Positions 38,535 through 49,700 of a stretch of DNA of 64,000 nt are shown here, one piece after another (within the stretch, counting starts at the first letter, position 1; every line of letters starts with the position of its first letter). Below the pieces are notes generated by a model. It saw nothing but the letters and a program-made list of their open reading frames with translations. It was not told the origin of the DNA and searched no databases. Both the position numbers and the translations under genes were made by a program. Source of the DNA: an uncultured delta proteobacterium (GTDB taxonomy: Bacteria; Myxococcota_A; Polyangia; Polyangiales; Polyangiaceae); NCBI GenBank assembly GCA_963841435.1, contig CAWJCS010000002.1:384001-448000 (forward strand), written 5' to 3'.

Positions 38535-39757
38535 GCGCGCCCGCGGTCACGCCGTTCCGGCTGGGGATCAACTACTGGCCGGCGCGGACGGCGATGGGCT
38601 TTTGGAGCTCGTTCGACGCTCGGGAGGTCGAGACGGACTTCCGACGTATCGCCGAAGGCGGGTTCGACTCGGTCCGCCTCTTTCTGACCTGGGAGGACTT
38701 CCAGCCCAGCCTGGGCGCGCTGGATCCGATCTGCTGCGCGCGCTTGGTCTCGACCCTCGACCTGGCAAGTGCGGTGGGACTCGCCGTCATGCCGACGCTC
38801 TTCACGGGCCACATGAGCGGCGTGAACTTTATCCCAGCCTGGGCTCTGGGGCACCGAAGCGGCGACGACCGCTTCCGCGTCGTCTCGGGAGGTCGCGTCG
38901 TCGCGTCGCGGCTCGCGAGCTGGTATTCCGATGGGGCGATCGGCAAGGCACAGAGCTCGCTCGCCGGCGAGCTCGCCACGGCCCTTTCGGGGCATCCCGC
39001 CCTATGGGCCTGGGATCTCGGCAACGAGAACTCCAACTGCGGCGCGGCGCCCGACAAAGAGAGCGCGCGCGCCTGGCTTCACCGCGTCAGCGAAGCGATC
39101 CGTCGTGCCGACGGGAGCGCGAGGATCACCATGGGCCTTCACATGGAAGACCTGGAACACGATCGGAACCTCGGGCCCGCCGAAGCCGCGGAAGTGTGTG
39201 ATTTTCTGACGATGCACGGCTATCCAGGCTACGCGCCTTGGGCCGATGGCCCTACCGACGAGCGCCTGCTGCCTTTTCTGACTCGGCTCACCGCTCTCTT
39301 GAGTGGTGATGCCGAGGTCCTGTTCTCCGAATTCGGAGTCCCAACGACGGTGAACGGTGAGCTCGAACCGGACGAGCCTCCCTCCGGCCCGGCGCTCGTG
39401 AGCGAGGAGGTCGCCGCGGCTTACGTCGGTCGCGCCCTCCATGCGCTCCATCACTCCGGAAGCACCGGCGCGATGCTCTGGTGCTACAGCGACTACCCCG
39501 CCAATCTCTGGAGCGAGCCGCCCTTCGACGTGGCGATCCACGAGCGCTCCTTCGGTCTGTGGCGCGCGGACGCTTCCCCGAAACCCGCCGTCGCCGTTGT
39601 CCGCTCTTTCGCACAGGAGCGCGCTCTCTTCGCACCGGCCGAGCCGCTGCCCCACTCGAGCTGGTTCGACCGCGACCCGAAGCGATTCTACGCGGCACCG
39701 GAGATCGAGCTGCCACGCCTGTTCGGGCGCTACTGTTCGGCAGCGTCTGCCGGCTAG
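38531..39757 (+). CDS. Glycoside hydrolase, clan GH-A (GH5-like), cytoplasmic
   Basis: GINYWP, VRLFLTWEDFQP, WDLGNE (acid/base), FSEFG (nucleophile), HERSFGL; overlaps the GT4 stop. Confidence 0.85.
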   Translation: MSAPAVTPFRLGINYWPARTAMGFWSSFDAREVETDFRRIAEGGFDSVRLFLTWEDFQPSLGALDPICCARLVSTLDLASAVGLAVMPTLFTGHMSGVNFIPAWALGHRSGDDRFRVVSGGRVVASRLASWYSDGAIGKAQSSLAGELATALSGHPALWAWDLGNENSNCGAAPDKESARAWLHRVSEAIRRADGSARITMGLHMEDLEHDRNLGPAEAAEVCDFLTMHGYPGYAPWADGPTDERLLPFLTRLTALLSGDAEVLFSEFGVPTTVNGELEPDEPPSGPALVSEEVAAAYVGRALHALHHSGSTGAMLWCYSDYPANLWSEPPFDVAIHERSFGLWRADASPKPAVAVVRSFAQERALFAPAEPLPHSSWFDRDPKRFYAAPEIELPRLFGRYCSAASAG

Positions 39758-39912
39758 GTCGCGTGCCGGCGTCCGTACCTTCTCGTCACGCGCGGCTTCC
39801 GACGACGCCGCGGCGACCATGCTGGTCCCGCTGGTCCTCGGCACCGCGGTGCTGCTGTCGTGGCGCTTGCGCCCGTCGAGCCGGGTGCTGGTGTCGGCAC
39901 CAAGATGGTGGT

Positions 39913-41199
39913 CTAGAGCAACAGCTTCCGCGGGCGGGCGGCCGTTTGGCGTAGAGCGAGCCGTTCGGCGAGCTCGCCGGCAAGGTTGTCGAAGAGGAAC
40001 GCGACCGGGGGCGGCGCGTCCTCGTCGAGCTGGCGCAGCGGCACGCCGTGCTGCGTCGCCTCGAGGAAGGCCGGATGGCGGGGGATGGTCGTGTCGAAAA
40101 GCCACTCGGGCGGCAACTCCTCGAGCGCGCCCTGGAAGACCCCGAGCGAGGCCTGGTGTCGGGTCTGCAGCATGTTGAGCACCACGCCCGCGACCGCGGG
40201 GCGGCGACCCTCGGGCAGCGCGGCGAGCGCTTCCGAAAAGCGCGGGAACGAGCGAGACGCCAGCACCTCGGCCTGCAGTACGCCGACGACGTGCGTCACC
40301 CCGCGTAAGATTGCTCGCGTCGCACCGAACATGCCGGCGGGCGTGTCGACGACCACGACGTCGGCGCGCTGCGCGAGCAGGCCGAGCAGCTCCACCCAGC
40401 GCCGGTGCGGGTCCAAAATCACGAGGTCGAGGTCCGGCAGCACCGGCCCCACCGCCGGCATCAGCTTGAGCCGTGGCAGCACGGTGTCGATCAGCGCCTC
40501 GTCGATGGTCGCGCGGCCGCTCACGATGTCGAGCGCGCCTGCCTTGGCGCGTTCGCGCGCGTCGATGCCGGAGAGCACGTCGCCGTTGACGTCGCCGTTG
40601 ACCAAGATCACCGAGTGCCCGCGCCGGGCGAGGCTCAAGGCGGTGTTGAGCGCGATCGTGCTCTTGCCCGAGCCGCCCTTTGGGCTCACGAACGCGAGGA
40701 TCCTCGCGTCGCGCGCGGGCGCGGCGAGCGACGGGTGGCGGCTCCTTGGGCGTGCGGGCGCGAGAACCGGGGCGGGCGGCGGAGACGATTCGGGGACGGG
40801 CGCGCCCGGAGCCGGCGGCGCCACCCCGGGGTGCGTGGGCAGCTCTTGCAGCGTGAAGGGGCGCGCCTTTTCGGGCCGGACGCTGGAGCGGTCGCCCACG
40901 GCGTCCACCAGGAGCGCGTCGAGGCGGCCGAGCGGCTCCGGAAGCTCCTCCGGCGTCTCCGAGCGAAAGACGAAGAAGTCTCCTTCCTTCGTGCGAAACA
41001 GGTCCTTGAACGCCTCGTGCCCTTGGTGCTCGTCGGCGCTCGCGCTCACGACGTGCCCGCTCTTGACGAAGATGGTGCCGCTCGGGTGCCCGTCGCGCGA
41101 CAGCTCCACGCCCGTGTATTGCCGACCCAGACTCACCACCTGCAGAACCTCGGCGAGGTCGAACTCGCGCAAGCTGCCCTGCATCACTCCGATCTTCAT
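39913..41199 (-). CDS. DUF4388 (PatA_N-like) domain fused to a ParA/MinD ATPase
   Basis: MQGSLREFDLAEVLQVV...TG...GTIFVKSGHVVSA; KGGSGKST deviant Walker A; VVVDTPAG. Confidence 0.85.
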   Translation of the reverse strand: MKIGVMQGSLREFDLAEVLQVVSLGRQYTGVELSRDGHPSGTIFVKSGHVVSASADEHQGHEAFKDLFRTKEGDFFVFRSETPEELPEPLGRLDALLVDAVGDRSSVRPEKARPFTLQELPTHPGVAPPAPGAPVPESSPPPAPVLAPARPRSRHPSLAAPARDARILAFVSPKGGSGKSTIALNTALSLARRGHSVILVNGDVNGDVLSGIDARERAKAGALDIVSGRATIDEALIDTVLPRLKLMPAVGPVLPDLDLVILDPHRRWVELLGLLAQRADVVVVDTPAGMFGATRAILRGVTHVVGVLQAEVLASRSFPRFSEALAALPEGRRPAVAGVVLNMLQTRHQASLGVFQGALEELPPEWLFDTTIPRHPAFLEATQHGVPLRQLDEDAPPPVAFLFDNLAGELAERLALRQTAARPRKLLL

Positions 41200-41765
41200 G
41201 ACGGGTTCTCCGTTCCGAGGCGTGCCTCGTCGATGCCCGCCTCCGCGAGCTGCAAAAGCAGCGCTTCCTCGCCCTGTCGCTCTGCCGCGGCGGCGCCGTT
41301 CAGCGCGCCTTGCCGATCGACCCCTGCCGAGCCGAGGCGCATGGTCTGCGCGAGCAGGGTGTAAAGCTGCGTCCACGCGGCCCGAACCTCGGGCGTGAAC
41401 GCTTCGCCGAGTCCGTAATCGAGCGTCCAGAGCAGCGCTTCGGCCACGACGCCGTAAGACGCGGAAGGGATGCGGTAGAGCTCGGAGTGACGACGCCCGA
41501 GGGCGAGCACGACGAGCATCAGATCCTGCTCGGGCGGCACATCGTCGCGCCACTCGTTGTCCGAGAAGTCGAGCGACTTGACGATGAAGGCGAGCATTCG
41601 CAAGAGCTTTCGCTTCTGCGACGCCATGTCCCCCTTGAAGAGCGACTGATAGTCGGGGCGGAGCTCGAATAGGCGCTTGTAGAAGAGATCCGCCGCCGTG
41701 TCCGCAATGGGGACGACCAAGCGGAAACTTTGGCGCACTGCTTTGCGATCGCTTTCGGTCAGCAT
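41196..41765 (-). CDS. Single-domain globin
   Basis: VRQSF...FYKRLFELRPDYQSLF...LGRRH...Y...VAEALLWTL...AWTQLY. Confidence 0.9.
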   Translation of the reverse strand: MLTESDRKAVRQSFRLVVPIADTAADLFYKRLFELRPDYQSLFKGDMASQKRKLLRMLAFIVKSLDFSDNEWRDDVPPEQDLMLVVLALGRRHSELYRIPSASYGVVAEALLWTLDYGLGEAFTPEVRAAWTQLYTLLAQTMRLGSAGVDRQGALNGAAAAERQGEEALLLQLAEAGIDEARLGTENPS

Positions 41766-41778
41766 TCTTCCTCCGGGC

Positions 41779-42184
41779 TCAGGAGCTCGAGCTCTGCATC
41801 AGCGACGCGATCGCGCCGTAGGCCTCGCTCCACGCGGTTGAAAGCTCGGGCGTCCACGCGTCACCGGCGACGCTCGCCAGCGTTTCGAGCAGGCTCGCTC
41901 CCACCCAGCCGTACATTTCCGGCTTCACGCCATAGTCGCGGTGCTTTTCTCCGAGTGCCCGCAGCTGCTCGGTGAGCCACGGCCCGTCGTCGAGGTGATC
42001 GACGACGGCCACCAACATGTCACGCAGCATTCGCTCTTGCTCGGGGCGCCCGCGAGTCTTGAACAGCGGCTGTGCTTCGGGGTGGTTCTTGAACAAGAAC
42101 GTCGTAGAAACGGTGCGTCACTTCCGGCTCGCGCTCCACGACGAGCGCGAAGCTCGAGCGCAATAGTTCGACGTTGAGTGCCAT
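41779..42184 (-). CDS. Single-domain globin; +1 frameshift ~42098
   Basis: GGAGG RBS; MALNVELLRSSFALVVERE...RFYDV joins LFKNHPEAQPLF...LGEKHRDYGVKPEMYGWVG. Confidence 0.85.
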
Positions 42185-42359
42185 CGATTACCTCCACCCG
42201 CCGTCTCCGGCGGTCCTGTGGCCGCCTGTCCCTGACGGTCGCAGGCGAGCCTAACCCGAGGGGCACCCGCCGAGCAACGGTGCCACGGGTGCGGGCGTTC
42301 AGGGTAGGTACGCGATGACCCCTCGCTCCGCCGTCAATGGGGCGGATCCGCCAGTCGCG

Positions 42360-42641
42360 TCAAACCGCGTGCTTGCGCATCATCGACGGGGCGGGCGGCG
42401 GTGGCCCCTTCGGCCTGGGCGGCGAGTTCGGCGTAGTCCGCGGTGCGCCTGCTTTGGAGCTCGTCAGCGCGGGCTTTTCGGCCGCGGCTGCCACCGCTTC
42501 TGCTTCGGCCGCCGTGGCGGCCCGAGCCGCAGCTTGAGCAGCAAGCTCGGCACTCCTCGCGGCGTCGTCCTTCGTGGCGCAGCACTTCTTGTACTTCTGA
42601 CCCGAGCCACAATGGCACGGGTCGTTTCTTCCAATCTTCAT
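42360..42641 (-). CDS. SEC-C zinc-binding motif protein
   Basis: MKIGRNDPCHCGSGQKYKKCC followed by an Ala/Pro-rich tail. Confidence 0.85.
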   Translation of the reverse strand: MKIGRNDPCHCGSGQKYKKCCATKDDAARSAELAAQAAARAATAAEAEAVAAAAEKPALTSSKAGAPRTTPNSPPRPKGPPPPAPSMMRKHAV

Positions 42642-42988
42642 GACGTCTGCCTTTCTCGCGCGAAGTCCTCGCAGCCGCCGCTCTTGACACCGTCCCGAGC
42701 GGACGTTGAGCAAGCCTGGGATGGTCCGTCGCCCGAGCTGACGCGCGAGGGTCGAGTCGAGCCACGCCGCATCCTTAGCACCGCCCACGAGGCGCGAGGT
42801 CGGCCTGCGCGAAAACGGGCTCCACCTAGGTGCACGAGCTCATCGAGCGGCTGGACGAACGGGGTGGACGCGCGTGCGGTCACGAAAACGGGCACCCCGC
42901 GAGCCGCGGGTTGAGCCGGCACACTGTTCGGCAGCGTCTGCCCGGGCGGCCACGCCCGTCCTTCCCGTCCCGATTGAAATCGCGCCCC

Positions 42989-43435
42989 CTAGGTTGCGAC
43001 CGTGAGCGTCAGCTGGGCGTCGTTGCCGTTCGTGCAGCCGGCTCCCTGACTGTCCACCCAAATGACGAAGTGGATGCGCGTGCCGGGCGCGACGCTCGCG
43101 TCGAGGTGAAAGCTCGCCCTGAAATCGAGGCTCGCTCCCGGGTTGATGCCGAAGTAATTCGTCCAAGGGTTCATCGTCCGGTCATCGCCGCGGACGTCGG
43201 TGATGCCGGGGAACGAGGGCGTCTCACCCGGCGAAGACGCGAGGGCTCCGCCCTGCCCCCCACTGGCTCCCGCGGCTGGCGTCGCGCCGCCGCCCGCGGT
43301 GCCCCCGCTGCCGCCCACCGTGAGCGCGCCGCCGGCGCCGCTCGCTCCAAGGCGTTGGCTCACCGAGCGGCCGGAGCAGGCCGCGCCGAGAGCGCACGCA
43401 CCGAACACGACGAGCACCAACGTCCGGGCCACCAC
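42989..43435 (-). CDS. Hypothetical lipoprotein with Gly-rich linker
   Basis: LVVFGACALGAAC lipobox; short beta-rich C-terminal domain. Confidence 0.55.
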   Translation of the reverse strand: MVARTLVLVVFGACALGAACSGRSVSQRLGASGAGGALTVGGSGGTAGGGATPAAGASGGQGGALASSPGETPSFPGITDVRGDDRTMNPWTNYFGINPGASLDFRASFHLDASVAPGTRIHFVIWVDSQGAGCTNGNDAQLTLTVAT

Positions 43436-43467
43436 GTTTCATTATGTACCGCGCGCGCGGCTGGCAC

Positions 43468-44868
43468 TCAGTGCTGGTACGCCCCGCTGTCGAATCCGCC
43501 GGTGCGCACTTTGCCGTCGATGTCCGTGTCCACGCCGTAGGCGCTCGTTCCGGCGCCAATCAGCGGGGAATTGGGGCTCGGTGAGAAGTCACCGTTCGTG
43601 AAGTCGGCGAACCAGGTCGTCGAGCTTTCGTCGTTGGAGACGACGTTGCCGACCTGAGTCACCGACGGGCCGTTTCCGTTTTTCACCGGGTCGGCGAGGT
43701 AGGCGATGGCGTTGTTGGCCAGGACGACCGGCAAGGTCGGCGGATTCCAGAACGAGATGGCGCTGTTCGGGTCGCCAGCAGAGGTGAGTGTGTTGTGCCG
43801 GAACCAGAGCTTGGAAGAAACGGCGTCGACCTCGCTGAGGCCGCCGTTGATCTCGAACACGACGCCTTCGAGCACGACGTTTCGGACGACGTTGTTGAAC
43901 ACGTCGAGCACGAGGCGACTGCCGGGGGCGGACTCGGCGGCCGGCTGCGTGTCGAAGGCGAAGTGCAAAAAGTCGTAGCACTGAGCGGTGCTGTCGCAGC
44001 GCGAGCCCTGGATCGTGATCACGTCGTCGATACGCTCGCCCCCGGGCATCACCGTGACTTCGAAGCCGGGCGAGCTGATCGTCACGCCCTCGACGAGCAG
44101 CTCGAACGTGCCTCCCGCGTTCTGCACGAACCGCGCGGGCTCCGAGCTGGGCGCACAGATAGCGGTGTGACCCGTGTTGATCTCGAGGCGCTGAAGCGCG
44201 AGCTTGAGGTTGCCCGTCGCGGCGAGGCGACCCTCGAGCTGCAGGTCGCTCAGCGTGGTCATGCGGGTCGTTGCTGCGTCGGCGTTGACCGCACCACAAA
44301 CAATCGAGCCGAAGCCGAGGCCCCGCACGTTCACGCCCGCGCGCAGCGTGAGATCACCGCGGTATCCGCCGCCGACCAGACACACGGTCGAAGGGACCGG
44401 TGCGGCGTCGATCGCGGCTTGGAGCGCACCGACGGCCCCTCCCGAGGGCAAGGTGACGGTGCATGCATTGGGGTCGGGTCCTTCTCCCGCACTGCCGGCT
44501 TCTCCCGACTCGCCGGCGGCCGTTCCGGCGCTGCCCGCACCGGCTCCTCCCGCCCCCGAGCCACCCCTCGCCGCGGCACCCGCCGCGCCCAGACCGCCGC
44601 TGCCCGATGCGTCTCCGGTGCCGGCGATCGTCCCGCCGCTCGCGGCCAACGTGCCGCCGTTCCCCGCGCTCGGGAAGCCGCCGCTCGACCCTCCCGCAGA
44701 CGGCGCGCCACCGGAGCCCGTCGCGCCGGAAGCACTCGCCCCAGCGCCGCTGCGGCCGGCGCCTCCGTCTACATCGATGGTCAACTTGGAGCGACCACAG
44801 CCATACGCGAGCAGAAGCCCGCATCCGATCTTTGCCCAGCCGGCTCGCGCTGTACCACCAACACCCAT
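43468..44868 (-). CDS. Lipoprotein with Gly-rich linker and beta-helix (pectin-lyase-like) domain
   Basis: LLLAYGC lipobox; LQAAIDAA...GGYRG; NN ladders; GDFSPSPNSPLIGAG...DIDGKVRTGGFDSGAYQ tail. Confidence 0.75.
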   Translation of the reverse strand: MGVGGTARAGWAKIGCGLLLAYGCGRSKLTIDVDGGAGRSGAGASASGATGSGGAPSAGGSSGGFPSAGNGGTLAASGGTIAGTGDASGSGGLGAAGAAARGGSGAGGAGAGSAGTAAGESGEAGSAGEGPDPNACTVTLPSGGAVGALQAAIDAAPVPSTVCLVGGGYRGDLTLRAGVNVRGLGFGSIVCGAVNADAATTRMTTLSDLQLEGRLAATGNLKLALQRLEINTGHTAICAPSSEPARFVQNAGGTFELLVEGVTISSPGFEVTVMPGGERIDDVITIQGSRCDSTAQCYDFLHFAFDTQPAAESAPGSRLVLDVFNNVVRNVVLEGVVFEINGGLSEVDAVSSKLWFRHNTLTSAGDPNSAISFWNPPTLPVVLANNAIAYLADPVKNGNGPSVTQVGNVVSNDESSTTWFADFTNGDFSPSPNSPLIGAGTSAYGVDTDIDGKVRTGGFDSGAYQH

Positions 44869-45199
44869 CCCGAAGCCAGCGTACCACGGGCACTCCGGGC
44901 GTGAGGAATTGCCCGTTTCCCTCGAGGAAACCCAACCACGCGCTTGGCTCGTGCGGCGCGCAGCGCAGCGCAGCGTCCGCACCCGTGCGGGAGATTCGGT
45001 CGCGCCTCTTGAACGACGTGCTCTCGGCCGGGCACGGAGGGTCGAAGGCGGTGATGCCAATGACGAATTCGAGACGAGCAACGGCTCGACGAGGCGAGCT
45101 CCGAAGTGCTCGTCGCTACCATCGGTGCCCGCTTCTGCGGCGACGACGCCACCGTCACGGCCAACGATCGGGTCGCCTACCGCACGCTCGAAAAGCTCC

Positions 45200-45450
45200 T
45201 CGGCTACGTCTACGTTCCGGTTCTCGGCGAAACGACGCGCGGCGGGCACTCGAACATGATGATTCGAAACCTCCCGAACGGTTTTGGCTATAGCCTCCCG
45301 TTCGAGCGCACGTTCGCTGACGACGGCGTCTGCTACGAAGGCATCGGACTCACACCGGACGTCCCCGTGGCTTTCGACTTCGAACGCTTCGTGGCAGGCG
45401 ACGACGCCATGTTCGACGCCGCGGTCGAGCTACTTTCCAGCAAAGAATAG
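45200..45450 (+). pseudogene. C-terminal remnant of an S41 family peptidase
   Basis: VLGETTRGG...LPNGFGYSL...YEGIGLTPDV...DAMFDAAVELL; the catalytic upstream part is missing; left edge approximate. Confidence 0.65.
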
Positions 45451-46088
45451 CCGGGGCCCTCGAGGCCCCAGCGTGAGCTGGACGAAGGGGCGCTTCGAGC
45501 GACTCGTCCCCTCGGCCCGGCCTGTGCTTTCGCACAACTGCTCGTTGTCTCCCTTGAGCTCAGCGGGCAAATCAGAACCGAGAACATTTTCATGAGCAGT
45601 CTCGACTACTCCGCGCTCTCTAGGACCCGGGCGGGCGGCTCGGTGTTGGTGGTTTCATGGGGCGCGGAGCGGCAGGCGTACGCTCTGACGGTGTGACATT
45701 CGCTCAAAATCAAGTCGTGGAACGGGGAGTCGGCGCGTTTCGTCTCCGCGCCGACGTAGACGGGGTTGGAGCAGGCGGGTCCAATCGTCGAGACGGTGGC
45801 GGTGTGGACGTTGAAGAAGCAGGAGACCGGCTGTGACGGCGCGAGCCCGCTGAATCCCCTGAGTCCTTCGAATTCGTTCTCGTGACGTTCGCCGAGTCCT
45901 CCGCTTTTCGGAGGCCCCGCAACCTTGCTGACCGCTTTCGGCGGGCTGTCAACGAAGACCGACTCCGCGGGCGCGTCGTTGCCGCGACGGCGCCACCCCC
46001 TTGCGATCGTGGAGCGTGACGCCCCGCGAGTAGCGCGACGCCGGCAACTCCGACCAGGCAGGCGACCGCCGCCGCCCAGGCTCACCGC

Positions 46089-46300
46089 TTGGGCGCAGAG
46101 ATCCTCGTCACTCGAACGGTCGAGCGCATCGCGGCGGACACGTTCCACGTCTACCTGGACGGCGGCGACGTCCTTTGCGCCAACACCATCATCCTGGCCA
46201 GCGGGGTCGCCTGGCGAAACCTCGCCATCGAAGGATTTGGTCGATTGGTCGGCAAAGGCATCTTCTACGGGGCCTCCCGAAGCGAGGCGCCGAACAGTAC
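46089..46300 (+). pseudogene. Internal fragment of a thioredoxin-reductase-like FAD oxidoreductase
   Basis: GAEILVTRTVERI...TIILASGVAWRNLAIEGFGRLVGKGIFYGASRSEA; both GxGxxG motifs absent; edges approximate. Confidence 0.65.
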
Positions 46301-46727
46301 CTGCGCGATCGCCCCGCTCGCTGACGCTCACCTGGTTCGAAAGTTCGACGTTCCCTTCTCAGAGCGGGAACGTGCACGAAAAGCAACGCGTTAACGGCCG
46401 CGACCGCCGACAACGCGAGCGGCTACGCCGTTACGTCACGCGGCGCTAACTCCACCTTGCCTCGGTGCTCTGACAACGCACCCCGCCAGCGGCTTTCCCA
46501 GTTCATTGTGCCTGGGCGCAATGTAAACGTTGCCAACGCCGGGCTTTGGGTGTCCCATCTCTCGAGAGGACGATCCTCCCGTATTTCTGCCCACATTGTG
46601 GGGGGGTGTGCGCGTAGGGCGTGGACTAAACGGTCTTGAGTGCCGCGTGCCCTCACGCGCGGGCATGGTTCCGGAGCTACACGTCACGGTCTCGCGTGAA
46701 CGCGCCTCCCAGAGAAGGTGGCGATGG

Positions 46728-49700
46728 ATGGGCTCCGTAGACTCGACGGCCGCAAACGGTGAACGTGGCACCCCGGAAATGGGCCTTGCGGAGCGTGCGG
46801 CGTTCCTCAACTCCATCCTAGAGAGCTCCACCGAATACTCGATTGTCGCCAAAGATCTCGACGGAACGATCCGTGCGTGGAACGCGGGCGCGCGGAGGCT
46901 GTACGGGTACGACGCGGCTGACGTAGTCGGGAACGCGAACGCCTTCGTCCTTCACTGCCCCGAAGACGTGAAGAGCGGTCGCGCGCAGGCGATTCTCGAC
47001 GAGGCTCGCGTCACCGGCAAGTGGTCCGGGGAGCTCAAACGGATCAGGAAGAATGGTGAGGAATTCACCGCCTTCGTGACGATCACGCTCCGGGTTGACG
47101 CCGCGCGCAAGCCCGTCGGATTCACGATGATCTCTCGGGACCTTACCGAGCCACAGCGACTGCTTCGCGATCTCCGCGAGTCGCAAGAGTACAACCGCGG
47201 GCTCATCGAATCGAACATCGATGCTCTGATGGCGACCGATCCGCTCGGCGTGATCAGCGACGTCAATCTGCAGATGTGCGAGATGACGGGGATTGCGCGA
47301 GAGAAGCTCGTCGGCTCTCCGTTCAAACAATACTTCACGGATCCCAAGCTGGCCGAGGATGGCATCCGCAAGGTGCTGTCCGACGATCGGGTCACCAACT
47401 ACGAGCTCGTGATGCGCTCGCAAGCCGGCACGGAAACCGTGGTCTCGTACAACGCCACCACCTTTCGATCGGCGGACGGAAAGCTGAAAGGTGTCTTCGC
47501 GGCCGCCCGGGACATCACGGACCAGAAACGCCTCGAGAGCGACCTTCGTCAGGCCCAGAACTACACCCGCGGTCTCATCGAAGCCTCCGTCGATGCGCTC
47601 TTGACCGTGGATCCCGAGCTGCGCATCACGGATGTGAACGATCAGACCGCCCGCATGACCGGGTACACCCGAGAAGAGCTGATCGGGAGCCTTTTCCCCG
47701 ACTACTTCACCGATCCCGAGCGAGCCACCGCGGGCGTCAAGAAGACCCTGGCCGAGGCGTTCGTCACCAACTACGTGCTCGGCCTGCGTTCGAAAGAAGG
47801 AAAGGAGACCCTGGTCTCCTTCAACGCCTCCATCTTCAAGGACACCGACGGCATCGTGCGCGGGATTTTCGCGGCGGCGCGCGACATCACCGAACAGAAG
47901 AGGCTCGAAGAGGAGCTGCGGCAAGCGCAGAACTACACGCGTGGCCTCATCGAGGCCTCCATCGATCCGATGATCACCGTTAACGCGGAGCTCACGATCA
48001 CGGACGTCAACGAGCAGATGGTCCGCCTCACCGAGATCGAGAAGAACGAGCTCATCGGGAGCCGATTCGACGCTTACTTCACCGAACCCCAGAAGGCCGT
48101 CGTGGGCGTGCGCGACACGCTTCGCGAGGGGTTCGTCAAGAACTACGAGCTCACGCTCGAAACGCCGAGCGGGCGGCAGGTGCTCGTCTCTTTCAACGCA
48201 TCGATCTTCAAGGACACCCAGGGGAAGGTGAAGGGCATCTTCGCCGTCGCGCGGGATGTCACCGAGCAACGGCGTCTGGAGCAAGAGCTGCGGGAGCAAC
48301 AGAACTACAGCCGAGGGCTCATCGAAGCCTCCGTCGATGCGCTCGTGACGGTCGATCCCCAGGGGCGAATCACCGACGTCAACGAGCAGTTGGCGCGCCT
48401 TACCGGCCACAACAGGAAGAAGCTCGTCGGAAGCCCTTTCGCCGACTACTTCACCGATCCGGGAAAGGCGCGCGAGGGCGTCAAAAAGACGTTCCAGGAC
48501 GGCGTGCTCAAGAACCACGAGCTCGTCGTCCGCGCGAAATCAGGAAGCGTGGCGCCCGTCTCGCTCAACGCGTCCGTGTTCAAGGACACGGCGGGGCGCG
48601 TGGCCGGCATCCTTGCGGCGGCTCGCGATATCTCGGACCAACAGCAGCTGCAGGCGAAGCTCGTCGAACAGCAGGCCTACAACCGTGGGCTCGTCGAATC
48701 GAACATCGATGCTCTCATGACGACCGATCTGCTCGGGACCATCACCGATGTCAACAAGCAGATGTGCGCCGTCACGGGGCGCGAGCGAGACTTCCTCGTG
48801 GGCACGCCGTTCAAGGACTATTTTACGGATTCGAAGCGTGCCGAGGATGGCATCCTCAGGGTTCTCGGAGAGGGTCGTGTCACGAACTACGAGCTCACCC
48901 TCCGCGGAGCAGACGGCAAAGAGACCGTCGTGTCTTACAACGCAACCACGTTTGCCGGGGAGGATGGGAGGCTCAAAGGAGTGTTCGCTGCCGCGCGCGA
49001 CATCACCGATCAGAAGCGGCTCGAAGAGCAATTGCGCCAGGCGCAGAACTACAACCGCGGGCTCATCGAATCCTCCGTTGACGCGATGCTCACGGTCGAT
49101 CCCGACGACACGATCACGGACGTCAACGAGCAGATGGTCAAGCTCTCCGGATACAGCCGAGAGCAGCTCATCGGGACCTCGTTCAAGGACTACTTTTCGG
49201 AACCCGAACGCGCAGCACAGGGTGTGCGCCAGACTCTGAGCGAGGGATCCGTAACCAACTACGAGCTCACGCTTCGGTCCCAACGCCGGCGCCAGATCCT
49301 GGTCTCGTTCAACGCGTCCGTGTTCAAAGACACCGAAGGCGAGGTTCGAGGTATTTTCGCGGTCGCTCGCGACGTCACCGATCAAAAGCGTCTCGAGGAG
49401 AAGCTGCGCGAGTCGGAGAACTACAACCGAGGTCTCATCGAGTCTTCCGTGGACGCCCTCGTGACCGTCAATCCGGATCTGACGGTCACGGACGTCAATG
49501 AACAAATGGTAAAACTCACCGGTTACTCCCGCGAGGAGCTCGTGGGTAGCCCCTTCAAGGACTACTTCACCGAGCCCGCCCGTGCCGCCGCGGGCGTCCG
49601 GCAGACCTTCGACGATGGATCGGTGACCGACTACGAGCTCGTTCTGAAATCGCGCGCTGGAAAGCAAACGGTGGTCTCGTTCTACGCGGGCACGTTCAAG

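Noticed and set aside
45606-46331. 241-aa minus-strand ORF
   Set aside because: Partly the antisense of the reductase fragment; no motif and no convincing start
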